Below are positions 38,547 to 48,348 of a stretch of 64,000 bases of DNA, piece by piece. Under the pieces are notes generated by a model. The model did no database searches and had not been told where the DNA came from. It saw only the letters and a program-made list of their open reading frames with translations. The translations under genes were made by a program, and so were the position numbers. The stretch is taken from NCBI GenBank assembly GCA_947426525.1, contig CANEEJ010000004.1, positions 2,225-66,224 on the forward strand, in the 5' to 3' direction. Origin of the DNA: an uncultured Clostridium sp. GTDB lineage: Bacteria > Bacillota > Clostridia > TANB77 > CAG-508. Each line of letters starts with the position of its first letter. Within the stretch, counting starts at the first letter, position 1.

Positions 38547-38563
38547 TTAAAATTCCTCCCTTT

Positions 38564-39109
38564 TTAATAGCTAGCTCTAGATATTGTTTTTTTATCTATT
38601 GTGCTAGTTGTTTTTGTTATAGGTGTATCTTCTTTTAATCTTTCATTAACTGCTTTTTCTACCGCTTTATTAAATACAGATGTCATATTGTCTATGTTTG
38701 CATTTAATTCTTCTGCTGTAGTAGCTTTAAAATTAATTAAATTAAGCAAAGATACATCTAATCCTTTATCACTTGCTATCTTAATTGCCTCTTCTTTTAA
38801 TTTATAGGCATTTAATTCAGCAAGTGCATTGTCTTTCTCAGTCTTTTCTTTGTCTAACTGATATTGAAGCTTCTCGTCGCTTTTCATTTTTGCGAGCTTC
38901 TCAGCTTCTGTCTTTTCTGCTTCTAAGTCGTCTTTCCATTTTGTTTTAGCTGTCTTTAATGCTTCCGATACTTTTCTATCTACATAGCTTTGTAGTTCCT
39001 TATCAGTTTTTGACAACTCTTCATAACTGTTTTTATTTTCTGTTGCTTCTGTAGCCCCAGTGTTATCTGTTGTTGCTTCTGCCCCAACTTCTTTCTTTTC
39101 CTCTTCCAT
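38564..39109 (-). CDS. capsid scaffolding protein
   Basis: Acidic, coiled-coil, 181 aa, located upstream of the capsid gene. Confidence 0.7.
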   Translation of the reverse strand: MEEEKKEVGAEATTDNTGATEATENKNSYEELSKTDKELQSYVDRKVSEALKTAKTKWKDDLEAEKTEAEKLAKMKSDEKLQYQLDKEKTEKDNALAELNAYKLKEEAIKIASDKGLDVSLLNLINFKATTAEELNANIDNMTSVFNKAVEKAVNERLKEDTPITKTTSTIDKKTISRASY

Positions 39110-39255
39110 TTTGTACTCCTTGTCCCAATTTGTTCAATTAAGCCCAAATTGTTACTTAATATTCTGTTGTTCTTTATAGCCTACAATCAGTAAAAAGGCA
39201 TAAAAATAAGACATACGTCTATGTCTTTGATTTATAACTATAAAATTTTAATGAC

Positions 39256-39414
39256 TTATTTATCTTTATTTCCTATTTTGTATAATTCTACAAGTACACA
39301 ATGTTTTATAAAAGCTAATAATGGCATAATTAAAACTGTATAAGCTGTAAATATAACCCAATACCAAGTTGGCATTTGTAACTTAATGCTTAATATCAAT
39401 ACTAATAACCACAT
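39256..39414 (-). CDS. 52-aa two-TM peptide
   Basis: GGGAGGAAGGTG RBS and hydrophobic sequence. Below the track cutoff. Confidence 0.4.
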   Translation of the reverse strand: MWLLVLILSIKLQMPTWYWVIFTAYTVLIMPLLAFIKHCVLVELYKIGNKDK

Positions 39415-39557
39415 TTTTTTCACCTTCCTCCCATAATAAAAGCACCTACTTTAGTAAGTGCTAATCTTCAAACAATTCTGTATCATCAAACATCTTTGAA
39501 AAATCGAAATCAATAAATCTTAAATTCTTGTACTTTGTTTTATTTTTGTAATATCCT

Positions 39558-41138
39558 TTAATTTTTCTCTTTTTCATAAAACCAACCTACTTTCTTAAAG
39601 AATTTTTGATTTGTCAAGTCTCTTTTCTCTACACCATTTAAGTTATTATATTTCTTTTTAATTTCTTTTTCAATAGTTTTATATGATTGTATTATTTCCT
39701 CTTGTCTATATTTCTTTATTGTGTTTTTTCTTAGATAATATTTATAATTGTCTGTTAGCAGTATCATTGTATCAAATTGTTTTATTTTATTATAAGACAA
39801 TATGTCTGTTAATGAAAAAGAATAGTTTTCAGGATGATTGTGTATTGCTATTACTGATTCTTTCTTTCTTGTTAATAATTTCATTGTAGTTATTCTGTCT
39901 GGTCCAACTGTTGTTCTTTTTTGTCCTTCTGTAATATTTCCTACTAATTCTCCTGTATTAGCATCTAACAAGCACATGTTTTCATTTCCATTGCTTTGAT
40001 ATAGCTCCATAATCTTGCTTTGATATTTGTTTATTCTATAACTTCTTAATTTGTCTTTGTGTAATGCAGGTTTTATTTTTTTACATTCGAACGTTTCATT
40101 TCTTTCTTGCCAATTCATTTTTTCTTTTTTATCTACATATTTTTCTTGCTCAAATTCTACTTTATCAATGTATTGAGGATTATAAGTTATTGTACTTCTA
40201 CACCAATGAAAATGATGTGAAATTGGTGGTAAATTTAATCCTTGTACCAATCCTTCGCACTTTATTCTTTCTATTCTTAAATCTTTTTGAGTTTCTCCAT
40301 AGTATCTATCAAATTCATTTTCTTCGTCTATATAGAATATTTGTCCGTCTAAACTATGGCACATGTCTGTTTCTTTGCCATCAGTTATTGCTATGAATCT
40401 TATTTTAGCATTGTTATCTATTTCTTTTATTCCTTCCACTTTCGCCATATTGTTCAATCCAATTAATTGCGAATCTATTAATCCCGATATTTTGTCTCCG
40501 TTGATGTATAATTTTGAATTTTGCTGTTGATTTATTATTCTTTGAAACTCGTTATTTTCAATTTCTAGCTCTTTTTGTTGTTGAATATTGATAAGTATTT
40601 GTTTATATAATTGTTGTGCATTATATTGGATTGTCGCTTGAATGTTTTGATTAAAATTAAAACCATTTGAAGATTGCATATCTAATAAAGCAAGAAAAAT
40701 AGCATCTGTAATAATTGACGCTTTCTTCTTGCTATTTTTTTCTTTAATAACTTCATTTTGTCCGTCTTGATAATAATAATCCATATCATCTCTTATTATT
40801 CGTTGTTCATATTGGTCCAATTTGCTTTGTTCTTCTATATAACTTCCATATATAAACAGTTCTAATATTTCACTATTCTTAATTCTAGTTCTTTTGTATA
40901 CATTATTAGCTAATATTCCAAAATGACCTGTTAAGAGTCCTTTTTCTTTTAATTCTTCAATATATGTATTAGCCATTCTTTTTGTTTTCAAATCTGCTAT
41001 TTGATATAGATTGTTGCTGTTTAGATTTAATGTTTTTAGAATCATTTGCAAATTGTTTTGTGTTTGCTTGTTTATTCTTTGATATATCCTTTTTAGCTTC
41101 ATCATCTTTTGATTGTGAAACTCCCATATCTTGTCCAT
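39558..41138 (-). CDS. SPP1 gp7/MuF-like head morphogenesis protein fused to a C-terminal JAB/RadC-like domain
   Basis: MuF core (DMCHSLDGQIF). C-terminal VIAIHNHPENYSFSLTDI resembles the JAB HxH..S..D motif. The start is either 41138 (AGGAAGTG RBS, 170-nt overlap with portal) or 40976. Confidence 0.7.
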   Translation of the reverse strand: MDKIWEFHNQKMMKLKRIYQRINKQTQNNLQMILKTLNLNSNNLYQIADLKTKRMANTYIEELKEKGLLTGHFGILANNVYKRTRIKNSEILELFIYGSYIEEQSKLDQYEQRIIRDDMDYYYQDGQNEVIKEKNSKKKASIITDAIFLALLDMQSSNGFNFNQNIQATIQYNAQQLYKQILINIQQQKELEIENNEFQRIINQQQNSKLYINGDKISGLIDSQLIGLNNMAKVEGIKEIDNNAKIRFIAITDGKETDMCHSLDGQIFYIDEENEFDRYYGETQKDLRIERIKCEGLVQGLNLPPISHHFHWCRSTITYNPQYIDKVEFEQEKYVDKKEKMNWQERNETFECKKIKPALHKDKLRSYRINKYQSKIMELYQSNGNENMCLLDANTGELVGNITEGQKRTTVGPDRITTMKLLTRKKESVIAIHNHPENYSFSLTDILSYNKIKQFDTMILLTDNYKYYLRKNTIKKYRQEEIIQSYKTIEKEIKKKYNNLNGVEKRDLTNQKFFKKVGWFYEKEKN

Positions 41139-42633
41139 TTTGTTCACTTCCTAACATTTGCATATTCTCCATATTTTTTTGCATATTAGCTTCATTTTGC
41201 ACGTCCATCTCTGCCAATTCACTTTCACTATCTAGATCGTAAGGCAAATGGTCTATCACTGTTTTATCACTTAGCAATCCTCTTAATTTTAACCAGTTGT
41301 CTGTTATTTCTTGGTTGTTGGTTGGTAAGTTTCTAGTTAGAATTACTTCTATATCTCTAAAGTCATATTCTGTATTCTTTTTTAGATTGATTCTATCTGT
41401 TATAATTTCCCACATTCTTAGCAGCTCTTTTTCAAACAATTTGTCTGCTTGTTGCAATACTTGGTCTAATGGAAAGAATTTCTTTTCCAATGCACTTGAA
41501 TTGTCTGCATTTGTGAAACCTTGGTCTGTCACATTGGGTACTCCACTTATCATTAATGCTAAATCTAAACAAGTTTTTTTATGGTTTTCTGAAGCTGTAT
41601 CGTTTATATTTTTAATTACCCAATCAATATCTCCGCTATTATCTGGTGTATAGAACACTTTTGCATTTAATATCGCCTCATCTTCTTTGGTTCTTGCTGG
41701 ATTTTTTATCATTATTGGATTTCCATTGTCATCTAATTTTGGAACACCATCTTTATCTGTCAACTGTATTATTGGGTCATTGTCTGGTGTGAAACCTGTT
41801 ATTTTTAATTTAGCTTCGTCGTTATACTGAAAAATATTTGCATTGTTTTTTATTACTTGCTCATGTTTTTTTATAAGCGTTATAACATTTTCAAATAACG
41901 CTAATCCATCTGGATTTTCTACTGCAAATACTGGCAAATCATTCCATAATACTTCTTTGCTGTCCTTTTCAACTTCTTTAAAGTCTGTTTTATTGTTCTC
42001 GCTTATGCTTTTTTGCTCTATTCCATCTATATAATGCTTTTTATAATCTTTTGTTATTAATTCTAAATGTACAGTTAATCCTCCATTGTTTGAATTTTCT
42101 GTCCAATACCTAAGTAATCCTATTTTTTGACTTGGGGTTTCATAGTTCCATATTGCTACACTTGTCAAGCTAGATGTATGGGCGTACACAATCTCATTTT
42201 CTTTATTTTCATACAGTAATCCATAACAAGCTCCTGTGTTTATATAATCTTTTACACAATCATAGAAAAAACTACCATTGTCATTATATTTTGTAATATA
42301 ATCAATGATAGCTTGAAATTCATCTGGATTGTTTTTGTCTCCAAATACTTTTTCGAACACTTTTTGTACAATTCCTTTTTGCGTTTCGTTTATCTTTTTT
42401 ACTTTGTATTGTGGTTCTTTTCCTCCAAAATATCCACTTGCAATAGTAGAAATATAAAATTCTAGTGCTACTATTACATCACTTACATCATTTTTTCTTG
42501 TATATCTATCGTATAACTGTTTTCTATGTTGAAATATTGGAATTGCTTTTCCCCATAATACATTTATATTGCCCGATATATTTTCTTCTTTTAAAAACTC
42601 GTCTGGATATTGTATTTTCTCTACTACTGACAT
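40969..42633 (-). CDS. portal protein (SPP1 gp6-like)
   Basis: Size, position after terL, and family resemblance. Confidence 0.85.
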   Translation of the reverse strand: MSVVEKIQYPDEFLKEENISGNINVLWGKAIPIFQHRKQLYDRYTRKNDVSDVIVALEFYISTIASGYFGGKEPQYKVKKINETQKGIVQKVFEKVFGDKNNPDEFQAIIDYITKYNDNGSFFYDCVKDYINTGACYGLLYENKENEIVYAHTSSLTSVAIWNYETPSQKIGLLRYWTENSNNGGLTVHLELITKDYKKHYIDGIEQKSISENNKTDFKEVEKDSKEVLWNDLPVFAVENPDGLALFENVITLIKKHEQVIKNNANIFQYNDEAKLKITGFTPDNDPIIQLTDKDGVPKLDDNGNPIMIKNPARTKEDEAILNAKVFYTPDNSGDIDWVIKNINDTASENHKKTCLDLALMISGVPNVTDQGFTNADNSSALEKKFFPLDQVLQQADKLFEKELLRMWEIITDRINLKKNTEYDFRDIEVILTRNLPTNNQEITDNWLKLRGLLSDKTVIDHLPYDLDSESELAEMDVQNEANMQKNMENMQMLGSEQNGQDMGVSQSKDDEAKKDISKNKQANTKQFANDSKNIKSKQQQSISNSRFENKKNG

Positions 42634-42645
42634 CTTGTCCTCCTA

Positions 42646-44031
42646 CTAAATTATTTTATTATAACCAAAGCTTATCGTGTTTGGCTTTGGATTTTCATAC
42701 ACACCTGTTAAGCAATCTTCTGCGTCGTCATGTTCATTTTTCCCATCTCTTATATAATGCTTAATGTGTCTTGCAAACTCTGGAAATCTGTCTTCCCAAT
42801 TAACTGGAAAATAGATATTGTTCATCACTGCTGTTGAGTTACTTAATATTCTTGCTTGCTTATTTTCGCTTTGATGGAACCAATGTATTTTTGCATGTGT
42901 ATTATTTAGTTCTTTTAGTTCTCTTTGTACGTTTCTTGCAAATCCTCTACCACCATTGTTGCTTTCTATATTTGCATATCCCACATGGTCTTTTGTTAGC
43001 ATTTTTGCAACTGCTGGTTCTGTTATTTCCATTGCTTCTTGTGTATAAATAATATCTAATATGTAATATTCTTTGTTATACATTAGATAGTCTATCGAAC
43101 ATAAGTAATCACTACCTTCGTCTGCTGTATCAGTATAATTCATAATGTAGTGTGCAGGTGGTAATTTTTCATACGTTTTAAATTTGCTATATAATCTATT
43201 TTTTATGTCAATTGGCTCTTGCTGATAGTTGGCATAGATAATGTCTTTGTTCATGTTTTTAGTTTTTAATGCATAATCTTCTTTGCTTAATACTTCTTTA
43301 CATAGCATTGAACCATCTTCTTGTACTGCTTTATAGTTAATATGTCTTACATTATCATAGTTTTCTAATATGTATCCTGCCAAATCCATGCTTGCCCATC
43401 TAGTCATAATTATAATTAGTTTAAATCCATTTTCTGTTCTGGATAGCATTGTGTTGTTAAACCAATCGATTTGCTTTTGTAATACATTTTCATTGTAAGC
43501 TTCTTGAACATTTTTAATTAAGTCATCTATTATCATTAAAGTACAACCAAATCCTGTTGCTGTTCCTGTTGGAGATGTTGCTAAATAATTTGCTTGTCCA
43601 CTTCCTTCTAATGCCCATTTACTACTACTTGCTTCTCCATATTTTATTTTTGTTTTTGGAAATATATCATTGTATACAATTACACCTTCTGTCTTTTCAG
43701 AAGCTATTGTATCTCTTACAGATTTAGCAAATGTACCAGATAAAGTTTCATTATAAGAACCTGTCATTATCTTTTCGTTTGGATTTGTTCCTAATATCCA
43801 TTCTACTAATTTTCCAGCTGTTCTTGATTTCCCATGTCGTGGTGGCATATTTATAACACATATTTTTTCATTGCTTTTGTAGAAGTTTTGTAATTGATTA
43901 CACACATCTTTTAAAAACTTCCTATCTTCCTTGTAAAAATCTGGTGCCATCAATTTGCAATAATCAAAAAAATCACGTCTAGCTAATTCTAAACGTGCTT
44001 GCTTTTTAAATTCTTCTTTTAAGTTATTCAT
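42646..44031 (-). CDS. terL: terminase large subunit
   Basis: Walker A-like PPRHGKS, IIDD Walker B, and a C-terminal nuclease half. Confidence 0.9.
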   Translation of the reverse strand: MNNLKEEFKKQARLELARRDFFDYCKLMAPDFYKEDRKFLKDVCNQLQNFYKSNEKICVINMPPRHGKSRTAGKLVEWILGTNPNEKIMTGSYNETLSGTFAKSVRDTIASEKTEGVIVYNDIFPKTKIKYGEASSSKWALEGSGQANYLATSPTGTATGFGCTLMIIDDLIKNVQEAYNENVLQKQIDWFNNTMLSRTENGFKLIIIMTRWASMDLAGYILENYDNVRHINYKAVQEDGSMLCKEVLSKEDYALKTKNMNKDIIYANYQQEPIDIKNRLYSKFKTYEKLPPAHYIMNYTDTADEGSDYLCSIDYLMYNKEYYILDIIYTQEAMEITEPAVAKMLTKDHVGYANIESNNGGRGFARNVQRELKELNNTHAKIHWFHQSENKQARILSNSTAVMNNIYFPVNWEDRFPEFARHIKHYIRDGKNEHDDAEDCLTGVYENPKPNTISFGYNKII

Positions 44032-44365
44032 TTAGTATTTTCCTTAATTCCTCTGTTGATAAACCTTCGAATGGATTATTAACACTTCCACTATGTTCTA
44101 TTTGTTCTTTCGGTCTTTCTCCTATTGTATCTCTTATTGTTTCAAATGCTTTAACATTTCCTTTTAATGCTTCTTGTATTAACGAAAGACTAATCTTTTC
44201 TTTCATTGTTTTATTTTCTGTTTTGGTTTCTAACAATAATATTAGCTCCTCTTTTAATGTCTTCTTTTTCGCTCTTACTTCACCTGATTTAATTCCGCCT
44301 TTTTTTCCTCTTTCTCTTGCTTCATTCTTGCTTCGAACTGGTTTTAAATTATTCTCGTTTGCCAT
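44024..44365 (-). CDS. putative terminase small subunit
   Basis: Basic 113-aa protein whose stop overlaps the terL start (ATGAATAA). Confidence 0.5.
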   Translation of the reverse strand: MANENNLKPVRSKNEARERGKKGGIKSGEVRAKKKTLKEELILLLETKTENKTMKEKISLSLIQEALKGNVKAFETIRDTIGERPKEQIEHSGSVNNPFEGLSTEELRKILNE

Positions 44366-44389
44366 TTGTTCACCTTCTTTTTTGTTTTG

Positions 44390-44815
44390 CTATCTCAAAA
44401 AACGCTTTAAAGCTTCATTTGTATCGGCTATATATTTATTCATTTCTTTTGTATTTTTATTTTTTATCCATTTATTTATTCGGTCTTTAGTATATTTTAC
44501 ATTGCTCTCGTTTACCCCTCTTAAGCCTTGAATCCATTTGTTACTATTACTTTCGCTTAAAACTTTTTTCACGTTTTTACTATATTCTTTTTTAGCTTCT
44601 CTGACCTGTTCTTGACTTATATAATAATCAGAAATACTTACCTCGTCATTATTTTTTAAATGCTTTAACATATTCTCTTCTGCTTTTTGTAGTTCAATGT
44701 AGTTGTTTCTTATGTCTGTTGCCCACTTAATTTGCTTTTCACTTCCTGTTAATTCTGGTAATTTACTTTTTAAATTATTTCCTCCTGCTCCTGCAATAGC
44801 TCCTCTTCCTCCCAT
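44390..44815 (-). CDS. hypothetical protein (Gly-rich N-terminus MGGRGAIAGAGG)
   Basis: ORF with tight packing. Confidence 0.5.
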   Translation of the reverse strand: MGGRGAIAGAGGNNLKSKLPELTGSEKQIKWATDIRNNYIELQKAEENMLKHLKNNDEVSISDYYISQEQVREAKKEYSKNVKKVLSESNSNKWIQGLRGVNESNVKYTKDRINKWIKNKNTKEMNKYIADTNEALKRFLR

Positions 44816-44816
44816 A

Positions 44817-45431
44817 TTAAGACCTCCATCTCCTTTCTCCGTATGTTTTTATTCTTAAACATTCGCTTGGTACTTCACTTTCTCCGTAGCATAAAATCAG
44901 AGAAGGATTTAACCTTCTCTTCATTTCTTGATACCCTTCATAAAATAATTTTTTTGCTTTTTCATCCTTTGCAATACCATATGTAGCTATCGCCACTATT
45001 CCATTTTCTTCTATTCCTTCAAAGCAAAAATCATAACTTTCTTTTGTACTCCAGCTTATTGTTGGAATAACTTTTATGCCCTCTCCTTGTAAGTATGCTC
45101 CTACCCATCTATTTTTATATGTATTATATAATTGTATAGCCATGTCCATATCTCTATATAGGCTAAAATCTGGTGTTAATACATATTTAGCCTTTTTTAG
45201 CATATTGATATATTTATCTGGATTGTTCCATAATCTTTCAAATTGATAATCATCTATAAAAAAATGCACTAATTTATTACTTAAGTCTTTAGCTGTCTTT
45301 ACATAGTTAAAAGATATTGGTTCTACATCATTTAAATCTATTTCATTTATTTTGTCTAATGTAGCTATTCCCCATTTGTTGTCAGAATAAAATTTTGCTT
45401 TAAAATAATTCTCGCAACCTGTTTTATACAT
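44817..45431 (-). CDS. DUF4417-family protein
   Basis: HFFIDDYQFERLWNNP and PDFSLY motifs, as recalled for DUF4417. Confidence 0.6.
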   Translation of the reverse strand: MYKTGCENYFKAKFYSDNKWGIATLDKINEIDLNDVEPISFNYVKTAKDLSNKLVHFFIDDYQFERLWNNPDKYINMLKKAKYVLTPDFSLYRDMDMAIQLYNTYKNRWVGAYLQGEGIKVIPTISWSTKESYDFCFEGIEENGIVAIATYGIAKDEKAKKLFYEGYQEMKRRLNPSLILCYGESEVPSECLRIKTYGERRWRS

Positions 45432-45647
45432 TCACTTTAATATTCCTTTCATTATCGGCTTATGCTGTTTTGCTGTTATTGTTAATTGTCTCTTATATCC
45501 TGTTGTCTTTTTGTCTTTAATATAATAAGAACAGTTTAATGTTCCGTCGATTCGTCTTCTTATTTCGCATAAATCTAGATTTCTATTCTTACAATTACTA
45601 CATAATGTTCTTATGTATGTTTCGTATATTGTTTCTTTTGTTTTCAT
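45432..45647 (-). CDS. small Cys-rich protein (CxxC...C)
   Basis: AAGAGGTG RBS precedes ATG at 45647. Confidence 0.5.
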   Translation of the reverse strand: MKTKETIYETYIRTLCSNCKNRNLDLCEIRRRIDGTLNCSYYIKDKKTTGYKRQLTITAKQHKPIMKGILK

Positions 45648-45684
45648 ATTGGCACCTCTTTTGCTAAATATTTTTATAAACACT

Positions 45685-45765
45685 ATGCAAAGCATTTTAG
45701 AGGATAGTTAGTCCTGCCTCTTACAGTGGATATATTCTCCCGAAACTAACTATAATGCTCTGCAT
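45685..45765 (-). ncRNA. candidate structured RNA / leader (12-bp plus 8-bp nested stems)
   Basis: On the minus strand, AUGCAGAGCAUU pairs with AAUGCUUUGCAU (one G.U) and AUAGUUAG pairs with CUAACUAU. Lies between a terminator and the next RBS. Confidence 0.35.
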
Positions 45766-45894
45766 ACTATTTAAAAAAAAGAACCTGCTAGGAAGGTTCA
45801 TGTTTGTCCATTTTTTCCTCTATTCTGAAAAGGAGGTGATTGATAAACTGGTTCGGCATATTTATATTAGCACTACCTAGCATTGTGTTAATAA

Positions 45895-46191
45895 CTAATT
45901 ATTAGCATAAAATGCTTGTTTTCCATACTCTACTGCTACTTCATGTTCTATTTTGCAACCTCTTGCTTTTTCCCAGCCTCTCATGAAATATAAGGCATCT
46001 ACTTTGCCAATATATCTTATCGATTGAGATAAGCAATAAATTGCAACCTCCTCATCGGCTGGTGCATTTTCGAATACTGTATCTACTACTTCGTGTCCTT
46101 CTTCTTGTAGTCTTTTTACTAATTCTGCTCTTTCTTCTCGTATTTGTTCGTTTGTTTTTCCTCGCATTGGTTGACTTATCATTATTTTCAT
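45895..46191 (-). CDS. DUF4406 / nucleoside 2-deoxyribosyltransferase-like protein
   Basis: N-terminus MKIMISQPMRGKT and general family resemblance. GAGGAAAAG RBS. Confidence 0.5.
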   Translation of the reverse strand: MKIMISQPMRGKTNEQIREERAELVKRLQEEGHEVVDTVFENAPADEEVAIYCLSQSIRYIGKVDALYFMRGWEKARGCKIEHEVAVEYGKQAFYANN

Positions 46192-46398
46192 TTTCTTTTC
46201 CTCTTTTCTAATTTTATAAATTTGAAAACTAGCTATAAAATACATTATAACTAGTTTGTGGATTGTATATTTTAAATAAAGAGAGTTGCCTCTTGTCGCT
46301 TGGACTTGTGAGGTGTTTCCACCTGCGACTTTTATACTTTATCTATTATAATTAAAACATACTTTTATGGTGCTATAAAAGACCAAAAAGGTGCTTTT

Positions 46399-46683
46399 TT
46401 ATAATTTTGCATATTCTTTTATTGCATTTTTTATTAAAGTTTTTGTATATCTATATGTTTTATCTATTTCGACAGATACTTCTTCTATCTTCATTCCCTC
46501 TACAAATCTTAATTCTAATATATTTCTAAATGGTTGCTCTACTTTTTTTATTTTTCTAGTAATTCTTATTAAATTTTCTTCTTCCTCTTGCATTATATTA
46601 ATATGTTCAGAAACTAGTGTTATTAATCTTGCTATATTTTTTCCCATTTTATCGTTGTCAGGGCTTCCGCTTCGGTAATCCAT
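46399..46683 (-). CDS. DUF1492 / sigma-70 region-4-like late-gene activator, C-terminal part
   Basis: ILELRFVEGMKIEEVSVEI...YRY resembles a region-4 HTH. The N-terminal 49 aa lies in another frame (46658-46807, strong GGAGG RBS). Confidence 0.6.
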   Translation of the reverse strand: MDYRSGSPDNDKMGKNIARLITLVSEHINIMQEEEENLIRITRKIKKVEQPFRNILELRFVEGMKIEEVSVEIDKTYRYTKTLIKNAIKEYAKL

Positions 46684-46816
46684 CTAATATTGTTGTTATC
46701 TTTTCTAGTTTTGTTTTTGCTTCTTCTATTTGTTCTAATTTTCTTTCTTCTAACTTTTTACTATGTAAATATGAATACAGTTCTTTTTTTGCTTCTTTTT
46801 CTGTCATTTGTACCTC

Positions 46817-47143
46817 CTAACATCTAGCATATCTTTCTATGCTCTTTTCTATTTCTGCTATTGTTGTATCTGTTCTATAGAACTTACATTTTTTGTTTTT
46901 ACATTCTAGATTTTTTAAACTATAACAGCTTTTATGTCCGTTTCTGTTTATGTAAGCAAAGCAGTCTGTATTAGTTAAATCTCCTAGCTTGTCTACTATT
47001 ATTAGCTTTACTCCGTCTATTGCAGTTCTATCTCCCAACTGCTCTGCTTCTTGCTTTGTTATTTGTATCTCTTTTATTGTCTCTGCTTTTACTGTTTCTA
47101 ATGTTCTTATTCTTTTTCTTATTTTGTCAACTATAGTTGTCAT
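46817..47143 (-). CDS. hypothetical protein
   Basis: ORF with tight packing. Confidence 0.5.
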   Translation of the reverse strand: MTTIVDKIRKRIRTLETVKAETIKEIQITKQEAEQLGDRTAIDGVKLIIVDKLGDLTNTDCFAYINRNGHKSCYSLKNLECKNKKCKFYRTDTTIAEIEKSIERYARC

Positions 47144-47147
47144 TTTA

Positions 47148-47249
47148 TCACTCGCTTTCTTTATCTTTTTTATGCTTTAGATATTCGCATATTTCTTCTA
47201 CGATTGCATAAATTGTAAAACATATAATTCCTAATCCAACTATATACAT
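47148..47249 (-). CDS. 33-aa TM peptide
   Basis: Short hydrophobic ORF filling a gap. Confidence 0.3.
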   Translation of the reverse strand: MYIVGLGIICFTIYAIVEEICEYLKHKKDKESE

Positions 47250-47250
47250 T

Positions 47251-47421
47251 CTACTTTTCCTCGCTTTCTAATTTTCGTTCTTTTATATCATCAGTACTAT
47301 ATGTATGCGTATTCATCATTAATTCACCTCTAACTTCCGCTATTGTTACTGCTGATACTGCTCTTATATTTTTTGGTATATCTATTATCATTTTTTCGTA
47401 CTCAATTTTTTCATCTTCCAT
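47251..47421 (-). CDS. 56-aa hypothetical protein
   Basis: GAGGAAAA RBS; fills a gap. Confidence 0.35.
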   Translation of the reverse strand: MEDEKIEYEKMIIDIPKNIRAVSAVTIAEVRGELMMNTHTYSTDDIKERKLESEEK

Positions 47422-47441
47422 TTTATTTTTCCTCGCTTTCT

Positions 47442-47807
47442 TTAAGATAAAACTTCTATTTGTTCATCAATTTTTAATCCTAGTTTTGTAATGTTATTTA
47501 ATCTTTTAAAATTCATCTGGATATCTTGTCTAATTAATGCTTTTAAACTATCTTGTAATATTTCTAGTTCTTTTAAATCCAAATTGTCTATATCAATATT
47601 TTCTTCGTAATCCTTCCAACCATCATCTAACCACCTTTTATCTAGTGTACTTTTCCAATGTGGATTTGCATATCTTATATGATTATCATCAATACTTAAT
47701 ATTTTTATCTTATCCCCTATGTAACTATAATCTTTATTTCCATTTCCTAAATCGCAAGGTTTTACTCTTGTTACATATTTTCCTATCATCTGTTTATTTA
47801 ATTTCAT
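47442..47807 (-). CDS. hypothetical protein
   Basis: ORF track. Confidence 0.5.
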   Translation of the reverse strand: MKLNKQMIGKYVTRVKPCDLGNGNKDYSYIGDKIKILSIDDNHIRYANPHWKSTLDKRWLDDGWKDYEENIDIDNLDLKELEILQDSLKALIRQDIQMNFKRLNNITKLGLKIDEQIEVLS

Positions 47808-47833
47808 CTTTCTACCTCTTTTCTTTTAAATAT

Positions 47834-48064
47834 TTATACTTTTTCTACTAAGCCTGCTTGGATTAAATCGTATAAAAGTCCGTCTGTTTTAATTTCTAAT
47901 TCCCAATATGGATTATAATTAGGGTCATTGTCTATATATCTAATAACATTTCTATTAACACCTTTTACATACCTAATAATCTTACCAGTTGTTTCACTGT
48001 ATCTTGCTTCAAAACCAAATTTTTCTAATCCTTTTAAATCCACATTATCCTTTATTTTTAACAT
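47834..48064 (-). CDS. hypothetical protein
   Basis: ORF track. Confidence 0.5.
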   Translation of the reverse strand: MLKIKDNVDLKGLEKFGFEARYSETTGKIIRYVKGVNRNVIRYIDNDPNYNPYWELEIKTDGLLYDLIQAGLVEKV

Positions 48065-48108
48065 CTTCTCACTTCCTCTTTAAATATTTATATATTACTT
48101 GCTCTACT

Positions 48109-48348
48109 TTACTTTTCTTGAATTTTATACCTTGGAAAACTGTTTATTATTTCTTTTACCTCTTGCATTTCTTTGAAATTTAACCATTCTCTAAATTTTC
48201 TTTCACAATTTTCGCACAGGTCGAAATCTTTTTTATAAGTGCTATCTTTATACCTTTTTTTGCAATACTGATTTATTTCTTTGTATAAAACTTTTTTGCA
48301 TTTATCACAAACGTATTTAGCATGTCTTTTATCTTTTCCTATATTCAT
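48109..48348 (-). CDS. zinc-ribbon protein (CDKC...CENC)
   Basis: Two CxxC pairs. Confidence 0.5.
   Translation of the reverse strand: MNIGKDKRHAKYVCDKCKKVLYKEINQYCKKRYKDSTYKKDFDLCENCERKFREWLNFKEMQEVKEIINSFPRYKIQEK

Noticed and set aside
46246-46398. Structured GC-richer segment (GTCGC...AGGTG-GAAA-CACCT...GCGAC) between the late activator and the DUF4406 gene, considered as a cos/pac site or ncRNA.
   Set aside because: There is a single hairpin cluster with no repeats or terminase-site hallmarks that I can verify by eye. It is noted but not called.
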